Assembly (NCBI RefSeq): GCF_006345805.1 | Contig: NC_042998.1 | Span: 93,124,001 to 93,188,000, forward strand | Direction: 5' to 3' | Length of the DNA: 64,000 bases | DNA from: Octopus sinensis | Taxonomy: Eukaryota | Shown here: positions 47,849-61,900 of the stretch, piece after piece | How positions within the stretch are numbered: position 1 is the first letter of the stretch | Layout: every line of letters starts with the position of its first letter | The notes under the pieces: generated by a model | Seen by the model: the letters and a program-made list of their open reading frames with translations, nothing else | What the model was told of the DNA's origin: nothing | The model's database searches: none | Made by a program: the position numbers and the translations under genes

Positions 47849-48589
47849 CATGCACACACACACATGTATTGAGAAAAAGAGAAAGAGAAACATATTTACA
47901 TGCATGTATATATATTATCATTTAGAAATAAAAATGTATGGAAATCGCAAAAAGAAACAAACAATAAAGTAATATATTCAATAGAACAGATGAAAGGAAG
48001 ATATACAAGAAAAAAATGGTGTAATGAAATATAAATTGAACATGAAAGAATTAAATAATTACAATGAAATGTCATAAATTCACCTACATACACACACACA
48101 CACACACACACACTCAGATTCTTAAATTACATAAAAAATCCTTAAATACTATATTCATAATATCTATCAGAAACATCTCTTTAAAATCATTTAAGAAATA
48201 TGTTAATACTACAATTAAAGTTATAAAAGTTTATTATGCCAAAAGCAAATATTTCTTTTAAAGTGAATAAATATAAATGTTAGACAATTTGAATTAAAAA
48301 AATAATCTATCAGAAATTAAATATGAAATTACTATTTCACAATACTTTAGAGGAAAGTCTGTTAAGGAAATATAAAACCTTAGGAATTGATATGAAAGAA
48401 TAGAATTCTGGTTTCATGGATGAAGAATGACCATCATCATCATCAGCAGCAGCAACATTAGTATTTATGTTTACTCTTCCTATGCTGGCATGGATGGGTT
48501 AGTTTGTTTTTTTTTCTAATGCTATGTTTCATGGTCAGATGCCTTTCATGTTACCTCTTATAATATGCAAAGTTTTTTTTTTTAAACAC

Positions 48590-49045
48590 AGGTATGGCTG
48601 TGCAGTTGAGAAGCTCACTTTGCAATCACATGGTTCGGGGTTCAGTCCCAATGTATGGCAGCTTGGACAGATGTCTTCTACTATAGCTCAGGGCTGATCA
48701 ATGCCTTGTGGGTAAACTTGGTAGATGGAAACAGTATGGAAGCCTGTCGTATATGTGTGTGTAAGTATGTGTATGTGTGCCTACGTGCATGCATGTGTGT
48801 GTGTGTGTTTGTGTGTGTGTGTACGTGTTTGAATGTGCATATGTGTCTTTGTGTTTGTGTCTGTCACCTCCACCCCACCACTTGTTTGGAAACTGACATT
48901 GCTTTATTTAAATCCCTGTAACTTAGCCGATTGGCAGAAGAGACTGGTAAAATGAGTGGCTGACTTTAAAACATAAGTGCTGGAGCTGATTTCTTTGACT
49001 TAAACCTTGCAGGCACTGCTCCAGCATGGTCATGATCCAATAACT
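48590..49045 (+). mobile_element. SINE family B, diverged full-length copy
   Basis: Collinear with 45186-45590. Confidence 0.7.
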
Positions 49046-49316
49046 GAAACAGTAAAAGATAAAATATAGTCAGGAAGAATGACAGTGCCCATTGCATTTA
49101 GCAGGATTTCTAAGATTGATGGAAGGATGGAAAGCATTATCTTCAAACCAGAGACTTTGCTCAAATGCTTCCAACAAAGTGAAAGCGTTCAAAGCACCTG
49201 ATGCTGGTGTTAAACTAGATGATTAATTATGTATTGAATTCTGTAAAAGTCTGTGTAGGTTAAGGCAGAATTTCGACTTTGAGTGCAGAGCTGGAACAAG
49301 TAGTGCATACCATTTA

Positions 49317-49532
49317 AAGGCGGTGAGCTTGCAGAAATGTTAGCATGGCATACAAAATGCTTAGCAGTATTTCATCTGTCTTTATGTTCTGAGTTCAAAT
49401 TCTGCCGAGGTCGACTTTGTCTTTCATCCTTTCAGGGTTGATAAATTAAGTACCAGTTGTGTACTGTGGTCAATCTAATCAACTGGTCCCCTCCCCCAAA
49501 ATTTCGGGCTTTGTGCCTAGAGCAGAAAAGAA
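49317..49532 (+). mobile_element. tRNA-derived SINE family A, full length
   Basis: GGCGGTGAGCTTGCAGAAATGTTAGC...GTTCTGAGTTCAAATTC...GTCGACTTTG...GTGCCTAGAGCAGAAAAG. Confidence 0.8.
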
Positions 49533-50179
49533 ATAGTGCATGACATCTGGTCTGATGTTCTCATAGTTCTGTCAATTCACCCCTCTAAATTACCAATTTC
49601 TGTCGACCCACAAAAGGATGAAAAATATGGTATAATCATCAGGTGGAACAAGTTTCTAATTTTTGCACAAGGTCAGTAAATTTAGAGGGGTTACTTGATT
49701 ACATTGAGCCCAGTGTTTGACTGGCATTTTAGCAAAAGGATGGAAGGCAAAGCTGACCGTGGCAGAATTTTAACAAACAACCTAAAGAGATGGAAGAAAT
49801 GTTGCTATGCATTTTGTTCCAGTTTGTCACTGGAATAATAGGCACAGGAGTGACTGTGTGGTAAGAAGCTTGCTTCCCAACCACATAGTTCCAGGTTCAG
49901 TCCCACTGCATGATACCTTGGGCAAGCGTCTTCTACTATAGCCTTGGGCCAACCAAAGCCTTGTGAGTGGATCTGGTAAACAGAAACTGAAAGAAGCCTG
50001 TTGTGTATATATATATATATATATAGGTTATGAGAGGTAATGGTGTCAAGATGGCCCAAATGTGTCAAGTAATGCTGAGTAAGTGCTATGGACAGATTAT
50101 AGTTAAGTTCCCAGTTCGGTGATTATGCGAATGAGGAGTCCAACATAGGTCATATATTAGTGTGCTTATTTATAAAAAT

Positions 50180-50492
50180 ATTAATGGAATGAGAAAAAGT
50201 TCCAAGGCTGTGAAAGATTTCAGAACATTTATAGAAGGCACAGGAAACTTGTATGTATACCAATCTGCTTAAATAATGGAACTGCAGATACAATATCCCT
50301 GCATATCTCACGTCTGTTTTCATTCCTCCACTTCACTCTCTATTTTGTATCTTCTCTAGAATAACTATTGCTTAACCTTTTTCTTACACCATCTCTGATG
50401 AAGGGTTTATATAAAATATCCTGGAAACAGCTGTAAGACATCTTTATAAATGTTCTAAAATCTTTCACAGCCTTGGATCTCATTCTGTTAAT
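50180..50492 (+). repeat. PLE pLTR-like remnant: about 55-bp inverted repeat enclosing a hammerhead-like motif
   Basis: Arms at 50180-50236 and 50441-50492 are reverse complements; motif at 50392-50438. Confidence 0.65.
50392..50438 (+). ncRNA. Minimal type I hammerhead-like motif
   Basis: UCU CUGAUGA AGGGU...AUCCU G GAAA CAGCUG UA AGA: canonical core, ACAGCUGU palindrome, GUA triplet, 3-bp stem I. Confidence 0.6.
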
Positions 50493-51014
50493 TTGATATG
50501 TATATATATATATATACATGTATGCATTATTTGTGTGTCTGTGTTTGTCTCCCCAACATTGCTTGACAACAAATGTAGGTGTGTTTATGTCCCCATAACT
50601 TAGTGGTTTGGCTTAAGAGACCAATAGAATAAGTACTTTGGCTTACAAAGAATAAGTCTTGGGGGGTCGATTTCTTCGACTAAAAGGTGGTGCTTCAGCA
50701 TGGCCACAGTCAAATGACTGAAACAAGTAAAAGAGTAAAAAAAATAACAACAGCAACAGCATCAACAACAATAACAACAATAATAATCCTTTTTACTATA
50801 GGCCTAAGACCTGAAACTTCTGGGAAGCAAATAAAATTGATTACATCGACCCTATTACTCAACTGGTACTTATTTCATCGACCCCAAAGGGGTGAGAGGC
50901 AAAGACTAGCTCAAAAGAATTTGAACTCAGAATGTAAAGAAGGATGAAATATCGTTAAGCATTATGTCCAGCAGGCTAATGATTCTGCCAGCTTCCAACC
51001 TGAATAACAACAAC

Positions 51015-51392
51015 AATCTTTTCTACTATAGGCACAAGGCCTGAAATTTTGGGGGAGGGGGGCTAGTCGATTACATTGACCTTGGTGTTTCACTGGTATT
51101 TAATTTATTGACCTTGAAAGAATGAAAGGCAAAGTCGACCTTGGTGGAACTTGAACTCAGAACGTAGCAACAGATGAAATACATATTTATTTCTTTGCTA
51201 CCCACAAGGGGCTAAACACAGAGGGGACAAACAAGGACAGACAGTGCGTAATTGGTACTTAATTTATCGACCCCGAAAGGATGAAAGGCAAAGTCAGTCT
51301 CAGCAGAATTTGAACTCAGAACGTAAAGACAGACGAAATACCACTAAGCATTTCACCTGGCTTGCTAACAATTCTGCCAGCTTGCCACTTTA
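51015..51392 (-). mobile_element. Two adjacent family A SINE copies
   Basis: GAAAGGCAAAGTC...TTGAACTCAGAACGTA occurs twice (about 51120-51170 and 51280-51330). Confidence 0.75.
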
Positions 51393-53099
51393 ACAACAAC
51401 AATAATAACATAAATAAATAAAGTTTTGTCATACTATTATTAATATAACAAAACTTTAAAAATACCTTGAGATACATAGACAATCAATCACAATTAATGA
51501 TGATAGGTTTGAACTATATCTTAATAAGAAATCAATCAAGCATAATTAGAATTGAACGAGAAAAGGAAATAGTAACAGTTTTCCAGCCAATGATTTAGAC
51601 ATAAATATCAGTTTAGAAAATTCCTTGGTAAATTATGCAATAAAATAATAATTAACTGTTTCTATATAAGAAAAAAGCCATATGTTAAGAATAAATATAA
51701 TCAGCAATATATTTTGTTACAATTTTCAAAATTAAAACAAAAAAAAAAATTATGAAATATAAAAAGGTAAAAAAAAAGAAGAAAAATATTGCTTTTAAAA
51801 ACAAATCAAAAATGTGTAATATGAAAATAAGTTTAAAAAAAAACAATAACAAAGATTGTTGGTAATCTAAAACACTTAAAATATAATGTATTATATTATC
51901 CTGACCATGGGTTTGATTCCCAGACTGGGCAGTATGTTATGCTCTTGAGCAAAACACTCCATTTGACATTGCTCTAGTGCTGTGTGGGACCAACATGTCA
52001 AAGAATAGAACCAATGTTTCCTCTGTGTGTTGTAAAAGGGGACTAAAAGAGGTTGAGGTACAATTTGCACTCTGACCTCGTAAAACCCTAACCAGCAATG
52101 ACAACCCAAAACAGACCAATGAATTGGAGGGTTGTAGTCTGAGTGGTGCAAGGGTGTCATCCACTGGGAATGGAGAATCGCCAACAAACAGTAGATGCAG
52201 CATTATGCTATCACAGCACATTTTCCCATACTACTTCTAATAATCATGTTTATTCACATATCCTCACTAAAAATTCATGTAAAAAACACATTTACAAGTA
52301 CTAAAACTATAGGAGCTAATAAAAGATTATATCTATCTTTTACTTGTTTCAGTCATCAAACAGTGGCCATACTGGGGCACCATCTTGAGGAATTTTAGTT
52401 GACTGACTCGATTCCAATACGTATATTTTTATGTTTGGTACTTATTCCATCAGTCTTTGTTGCCAAACTGCTAAGTTATGGGAGTGCAAATGCACCAACA
52501 CTGGTTGTCAAGTGATGAAGTGCACAAATATATATATACACATACACATATATATATGAGGTGGGAAAGCAAACTTTTTACTAAACAACCATACCTGCAC
52601 CATTGAGGGAGAGTGCTAGTTGAATACATCAACCCCAGTACTCAACTGGTACTTATTTCATTAACTTCCAAAAGATGAAAGGCAAAGTCAACCTCAGCAG
52701 TATTTGAACTCAGAACATAAAGACAAACGAAGTGTTGCTAATCATTTTGTCAAGCACGCTAGCAATTCTGCTAGCTCACCATTTTATGTATATATCTTTA
52801 TCAGCGTTGTCATTGCCGTCTTCATCATCATCATCATCTTCATTAACATTCTTGTTATTTGATGCACATTTTTCCATGCTTGCAGGAGTTAGATAAAGTT
52901 GGTCGAGGTAAGTTTACTCCAGCCAGATGCTATTCCTGTCTCTCACCTTCACCTGTTTTACCTGTCTCTGTATAACTGATGCCCTGTGCCACAACATAGT
53001 GAGAAGACAGACATTGTGGGCCTCTCTTGGAAACTAGGCTCTCAGTCATATAGATTATAACATTATCTAAGAAAAGTGGAAGCCCAAACAAAGAAAAAC

Positions 53100-54180
53100 A
53101 GGGAAGTTTACAAGTCATTTAAGAAAGATTCCAATCATTTTGTTTTTGTCAGATTTTGAAAAGGTAACAGAAAATATAAAAGCTACCAAAACAATATGAT
53201 GTGAACATAATTTCTAGTAAGGACCTGGCTTGAAAGTTTGAAATAACAGATATGAGACGCTTTTGTATCTTTGCTTCAGATCATGATGGTTGACATGGGT
53301 AAAGTGTATGCATCTTTCAAAGAAGCAAGAAGCAAAGTAACCAAAGAAACCATCTATCAACTTGAAAGCTCAACAGCAAGTGATTGGCCTTCCATCAGAA
53401 ATAGAGACATATAAACAAAGACAAAAGCTAGAACAGGTATGTTGAACAAACTAGACAAAATTATCAATGCAGAATGATATAAAGAACAGCAGAACAAAAC
53501 AGTGAAGGTAGTAAATAAAATACAAGAGGACAAAACCTTCAAGGCAAAATAGAACCAGTAGAAGAACCATAGTAGTCACAATTATTTCAAGTCAGTCTAT
53601 GAAATAGAAAGAAAGAGAAAAAGAACATATAGGGCAATCATAGATGAAGACAGTATCATACATACAAAAGCAATTGGAAAGATCATTTCAAAAAACATCT
53701 TAGCACTACTTTCTCACACAACCTGAAAGCAATATCAGAAATCACAGATGGTCCATTTGATGTGAATATCCAGGCAGAAATAACAAAAGATGAAGTACAA
53801 AAGGCAATAAAATGAATGAAAAACTGTAAAGTTTTTTGGTATTGATGACATCAGTGTTAAAATAGTAAAAGAATAAGGTTGAGCACACATAGTTAATATG
53901 TCATGCTTTGTATTCAATATAAAATGGAAAAGAGAAAAGACACCAAAAGACTGGAACCAAATGCTGGTAATACCAATATATAAAGTGGGTGACAAGCATA
54001 GAGGTGAGAACTAGAGTTACTTGTCAATACTATCATTTCAATACTAGGAATGGTGCTCTATAGAATCCTTGTAATCACATTGAAATGTAAAACTGAAGAA
54101 ACAATGGGAGAGAATAATTTGGTTGTGAATCTAGCAGAGCGGCAATTGATGACATTTTTATAACACCAAGGAACATTGAG
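53100..54180 (+). mobile_element. Highly decayed RTE-like LINE (pre-RT and RT N-terminus)
   Basis: Manual translation EITKDEVQKAIK*MKNCKVFGIDDISVKIVKE...PKDWNQMLVIPIYKVGDK. Confidence 0.65.
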
Positions 54181-54371
54181 ATCACTGATCTTTTAGATAC
54201 AATCTGGCAGAAGGCCCTATGAAATGTGGTGACAACAATAGATTAAGTACAGACTCCATACATATATGCCACCAGCATGGGTGCCAATTACGTGACACCA
54301 GCATCAGCCACAATTAGTAGCTTACATATATGCATGCATACATACATGCATACGTATGTACATACATACAT

Positions 54372-54422
<51 letters not shown>

Positions 54423-54425
<3 letters not shown>

Positions 54426-54642
54426 GGTTGACCAAAAGTCACCTGACAGTAAATCAAAATTCCACAAATAATTGATTTTCAGTTTTATTTATTCATTTTG
54501 GAAAAATGGTGTTGCTCAAGAACAATTTTCATCATGTTTTATATTTAGATGCTGCTATTAAGTTCATTCAGTTGTTAAACATAAATAAATCTTGGAACTA
54601 AACGGTCTTTATTTACTATCAGGTGACGTTTGGCCAACCCTG
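54423..54642. mobile_element. Tc1/mariner MITE
   Basis: TIRs CAGGGTTGACCAAAAGTCACCTGA and TCAGGTGACGTTTGGCCAACCCTG; TA on both sides. Confidence 0.85.
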
Positions 54643-54764
54643 TATATATCAGAAGGCTTTGGTTGATCAAGGGCTACAGTAAGAGACATTTGTCCAAAGT
54701 GGTATGCAATGGGGCTGAACCTAGTTAGGAAGCAAACTTCTCAATCACACAACTACACCTAATA

Positions 54765-55285
54765 TGTTGGGTTGTCTGGAAAGTTCGTGCCAATTTTTAA
54801 AGGAAAGAAAAAGGTCAATAAATACTTGTCATTATATTTTTAATCAGTCAGATATAAACCATTTTGTTGCACAATGCGTTTCCATCTTTCCTTTAACTTG
54901 AAAATACCTGCTTTCCAGAATTGAGGTGGTTTCATGGCAAAGAATCCATCAAGGTATCTTTTTACGTCATCCAAGAAATTGAAACTTTTACCATTAAGAC
55001 TATTCTGCAGAGACCTGAATAAATGGAAATCCGAAGGAGCAATATCTGGTGAATATGGAGGGTGGAGTAACACATCGCAGCCGAGCTGCAGCAATTTTTG
55101 TCTGGTTCCCAAAGCATCAAGTGCCGAAAATGAACTTTCTTATCTTCCATTTTAAAGGGTTATAAAATTAACACAGGTTATAGGAACATAAAACTTCTTC
55201 CACGAAAAGATAGCTTAAACTGTGCTCTAAATGGAGGTGTAGTCAAATCCTATTTTATGGACTCAACATGTTCTAAAATAAGTCG
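54765..55285 (-). mobile_element. Internally deleted mariner transposon
   Basis: N-terminal MEDKKVHFRHLMLWE fused to the C-terminus LLHPPYSPDIAPSDFHLFRSLQNSL...GIFKLKERWKRIV (ORF 54840-55112). Confidence 0.88.
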
Positions 55286-55654
55286 AAAGGTAAGCTACTT
55301 ATTGTGGCTGATGCTGGTGTCACGTAATTGGCAACCATACTGGTGGCATGTAGAAAGCACCTTTCAAGCATTGGGCCACATGGAGGCAAAGTAGCCAATG
55401 CTGGTGCTGAGAGTAGAGTGCTCTTGGAGTGGTTGGCATTAGGGAGGGTATCCAACCATAGAAACCATGCCAAATCAGACTGGAGTCTGATGCAGCCTTC
55501 CAGTTTGCCAGCCCTGGTCAAATCATCAAATCCATGCCAGCATGGACAACAGACGTTAAATGATGATGATGATGATTCACTGACGATATGTTTATTAACT
55601 TATTTTATTAAAAAGAATTTTTAGAGTGTGATTTTGATCACAAATAATTCATTA

Positions 55655-57175
<1,521 letters not shown>

Positions 57176-57179
57176 AGCA

Positions 57180-57540
57180 TGGCTGATGTCAGTCCCACCT
57201 GATTGATTCCTATGCCAGTGGCATGTAAAAAGCACCATTTGAGTGTGGCTTATACCAGTGCCCCTTGACTGGCACCTGTGCTAGTGGCATGTAAAAAGCA
57301 TCATTCAGCGTGCCAATGCCAGTATCACCTGACTGGCTCCTGTGCCAGTGACATGTAAAAAGCACCCGCTACGCTCTCAGAGTGATTGGCATTAGGAAGG
57401 GCGTTCAGCTGTAAAAACCTTGCCAAATTAGATTGGGGCCTAGTGCAGCCTCCCCGCTTGCCAATCATCAGTCAAACCGTCTAACCCATCCCAGCATGGA
57501 AAGCAGGCGTTGAACGACGACGTCGACGACGATGATGATT
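57180..57540 (+). mobile_element. RTE 3' UTR with internal repeats
   Basis: GTGGCATGTAAAAAGCA three times; GGAAGGGCGTTCAGCTGTAAAAAC...CCAGCATGGAAAGCAGGCGTTGAACGACG. Confidence 0.75.
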
Positions 57541-59004
57541 ATTATTGAAAGAAAATTTTAGGAGTTATATGTTCACCAATGACTTTGTGGATTTTACTAC
57601 TCTTTCTATGGAAATGATCGTTCCATTTTCAAATCTAGTCTAGGACAATGTACATGTTTAAGAATAAGGTACCTGATGACTACAGGAAATCATATTGATC
57701 AAGATATAGTGAAAATGTGAATAAATACATACTTCAAAGATGAGATCAATAACATCTTGACTTCAAAGAAATTATATATTCAGACAATTAATGCAAATTG
57801 TTTTTAAACAAAGAAAACAATATGAATATATTCTATATTTAAATTAAATGCAGACACTGATGGATATGACATGTGGAAAAGAATCAAAACTGAGTACCAA
57901 ATAACACTCACCTGGCACTCACCTTACATTCATTATGGTATGTAAATCATCCTCACCACCACTACCACTATCATCATCATCATCATCATCATAAGGAGAA
58001 GAAGAAGAAGAAGAAGAAGAAGAAGAGAAGAAGAAAAAGAAGAAGAAGAAGAAAAAGAAGAAGAAGAAGGAGGAGGAGGAGGAGGAGAGGAAGCAGTAGT
58101 AACAGCAACAGCAGCAGTCACATAATGTGCATCAACCAGGGTTTCTCTGAGCCTTGTTGCCAAGGGGGATTTTAGCTTCAATACTTTCTCTTTCAATTTA
58201 TTTTATATCTCTGGATTTGTCTCGCTTTTCTTCGGTATAGACAGCATAATGTTGAAGGAGAGAGAGTATTAAATATATTAAACATGTAAAAGCTGTAAAT
58301 ATATAACAGCAATACACATAAATTGAATTCTGAATAAACTTTTTTTTTAAATAGAAAAACAATAAATTATTATAAAAAAATCAAGTGATAGATTATATTA
58401 CATTGTGTTAGAGAGTAAATAAAGTAAATATATCTATTTTCAAATGTAACGAGATAAAATTAATTAAGGTAATTTTATATGTATTTTTATTGCACAAGTA
58501 TAGTTACATAGAACTATGATAAGTAAATGTGTTTACAGTGTGTTATATTTATTTCATGTGAAGTGTTAAAGTTAATCATATGTTCCTAAGTTTAAATATG
58601 CATGTCTTAAGTATTGCGGATCCATTTTACATTAATGCAAATGTATGCAGAAGAAGGGAACAATTAATGAGGTAGTTTAGTAATAAGAGTAATGTTTATG
58701 TGAGTTAATTATTAATTTCAGTAAGTGATTTAAACAGATTTAGAAAATAGAATTTCATATAAGATTTTGCTACTGGTTTAGATTCCATTAGCAAAACCTT
58801 TTTATTTTGTTTTTGTATTTAATTGTAACTAGCTTGAACATGCTACCTACAATTGACATTATTAACACTGATATCAACTTTTGCAATGAGTAAATGAGTA
58901 TAAACGACAGCATACTCCTCTCTCTCTCTCCCTCCCTCTCTCTCTCCCTCCCTCTCTCTCTCTGGGTGTTTGTATAAATATATATCATCATCATCATCAT
59001 CATC

Positions 59005-59730
59005 ATCATCATCGTTTAACGTCTGCTTTCCCTGCTGGCATGAGTTTCACGATTTAACTGAGGACTGGTGAGCCAGAGGCTGCACCAGGCTCAATCTGAT
59101 CTGGCAAAGTTTCTACAGCTGGATGCCCTTCCTAATGCCAACCACTCCGAAAATTAGTGGGTGCTTTTACATGTGACTGGCACGAGGGCCAGTCAGGCGG
59201 TTCCTGCAACGGCCATATCCAAAAGGTGTTTTTATGAGCTACCTGCACGGAGCCAGTCCGGTGGTGCTGGCAACGAACACACTCGAATGTTGTTTTCAAT
59301 TGCCAGTGGCACGTGTAGCTGTAAGGCAATGCTGGCAATGATCACGCTCGAATGGTGTATATAATATATATATGTTTATCATCATCATTATCATCACTAT
59401 CATATTCACCATCATTTAACATCCGTTGACCATGCTGGCATGGGTTGGACGATTTGACTGGGCTGGCATGCTGGTAGGCTGCATCAGACTCCAGTCTGAT
59501 TTGGATGGTCTTCAAAAGCTGGATGCCCCTCCTATTGTCAGTCACTTTGCGAATGTAGTGGGTGCTTTTATGTGCCACCGGCATGGGTATCATTCGTGTG
59601 ACACTGTGATGCGTTAGCATGCCACCAGCATGAGTGCCAGTTGTGATTGCGATTTTGCTCAGCTTGATGGATTTTCTTCCCAAGAATGATATAATGCCAA
59701 AGGCCTTGGTCATTGCCTCCGTAAGACCAT
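59005..59730 (-). mobile_element. Two tandem RTE 3' tails
   Basis: CATCATCGTTTAACGTC...TTTCTACAGCTGGATGCCCTTCCTAATGCC at 59005 and a second copy from about 59405. Confidence 0.7.
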
Positions 59731-59749
59731 TGCATCATATATACATATA

Positions 59750-59789
59750 TCTATATCTATAATATAAATCCCGTTATGTGTGTGTGTGT

Positions 59790-59837
<48 letters not shown>

Positions 59838-61844
59838 AAAGATTATAATGGCTGTATTTTTCAACTGATTTTTTCCAAACTCGGAACATACATTACTTAT
59901 GTTCCAGAGATGGTTTTTAGAGTCTTAAAATTTTCCACGTAATGAGTAATGGGACACCGGGGGTGGGGGGTGGACACGTTCCTGGGTTACGTAGAAAAGG
60001 GAGGTAACGTTTTGCGAAGTGACTTTCAGAAATTGATTGTCTCCCTTACATCTATTGGTCATAAAGAAAATTTAAACTATTTCTTTTTATATTAGATTCA
60101 CATCTTTGAAGTTTTTTAAATATTTACTTCCGGTTTTCTAGCATCAGTGACGTCAATATCTCTCTATCTATATCTCTCTATCCATCTCTCTGTATGTATT
60201 TCTATCTCTCTATATCTCTCTATCTATATCTATTTATCCATCTCTGTATCTATCTGTCTATATTTTATCGATCTATCTATATCTATCTTATTTGTCTAAC
60301 TATCTAGCTCTCTCTCTCCCCTCTCCCCATATCTCACTCACTCTCTATTATTTTCACTTCCATTTTTCAGATGCTATTGTTTTCACTTTAAATTCAATCG
60401 CTATTGTTTTCACTGTAATTTTCAATTGCTATTAACAAACAACAATGACAAATTACTGACAGAAAGAAGTTCACAATTGCTGATGAAAGTAATTTCATAT
60501 AAAATTTACTGACAGAAGAAACTTCAAAAATTTCTCTTCAATCCATTCACTTCGTTAAATTTGCCTACAAATTTCTTATTTACTTTTGCAACAATTTGTG
60601 CTTTTTTTTTTTACAGAATTACTGATAAAAGCAAGTTCATAATTTACTGACACAAGTAACTTCAAAATTTCACTTAAATCTGTACAGTTAGTTAATTTCC
60701 CTAAAAATTTCTTATTTACTTTTGCAATGGTTTTGTGTTTTTTCTGTTGTTAATGGCCTTTTTTCTGATTCCTTCGACACTGCCTCTTTGATTCACTGAC
60801 AAATTTCACTTCAGCCCATACAGTTCTTTATTTTCTTAACAATTTTTTATTTACTTTCTGCCTGTCGTATTAAGAAATATAATTTCCATTACCCAGTTAT
60901 TTTCATTGTTTACTATCTTCTGCCCCTGTGTATTTTCGTATACGTATATATATCCATGTCTAGAAGGAAAGTGTCAAATTTGTCTACAATCTCAAGATAA
61001 ATGAATGTCTCTGTCCAGGGAAAGATAGACACCTGCAGAAAGGGATGCATACCAAGAAACGAACAGACTGTGCACTACAAAAGCTAGAGCATCTCAAAGT
61101 GATGAACAGAGGTATGCATAGCTGACAAGGAATAGGATCTCCACTGCAGGACAAAGAGCAATTGCAACAGCTCAGAGAAGCAACTTCTATGAAGCAGCTT
61201 TCAATTATGATCCAGCAGTTCATTATATAGATGACCCTAGAGTTTCCATTGGTGCAATGACAACTGAGTGCATACATTGTAAAGCAAGGAAGTGGCCTGG
61301 AGAGACACCTGCACTGTGCTGCAGTGGTGGAAAGGTTAAACTTCTTTCAATCCTCCAACCTCCAGAGCCATTGAAGAAACTGTTGTCATCAGCTGATCAA
61401 GATTCCAAGCACTTCCAAAACAAAATTAGATAATATAATGCTGCACAACAGATGATATCATTTGGAGCCACAAGAGATTTAACTGAGTAAGGATTCATGC
61501 AAACTTTCAAGATCCAAGATCAGATTTATCATTAGATTAGCTCTTGACTACCTCTGTCAAAAAGATCGCCAAAATCGGCCTTTCATTGTTTATAATCTGT
61601 ACCTGCTTTTTGGTTATGAAATAAGGTACACAAACTGTGTTGTTGAATTACGTGTATTTACTTTATATACATATATGAGTTGAAAACTTTCTTTCAACAT
61701 TTCATTTAACATCTGGCATGTGTTGGAGAGATATTAATGTAGAAAGTTGGTATCTCAGCTACTAGCAGTTGAGACCTGCATAATCTTGATGGCGTTTTTA
61801 AATTTCATTATTCTCTGTAACCCAGGCAATGGTGGGTATTTCTG

Positions 61845-61848
<4 letters not shown>
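59750..61848 (+). mobile_element. Helitron derivative, copy 2, with both termini
   Basis: 5' A|TCTATATCTATAATATAAAT; coding remnant AAFNYDPAVHY...CIHCKARKWPGETPALCCSGGKVKL...PPEPL...SKHF..KIR*YN...SFGA...FKIQDQIYH; 3' decayed hairpin ACCCAGGCAATGGTGGGT then CTAT (CTAG-like). Confidence 0.82.
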
Positions 61849-61900
<52 letters not shown>

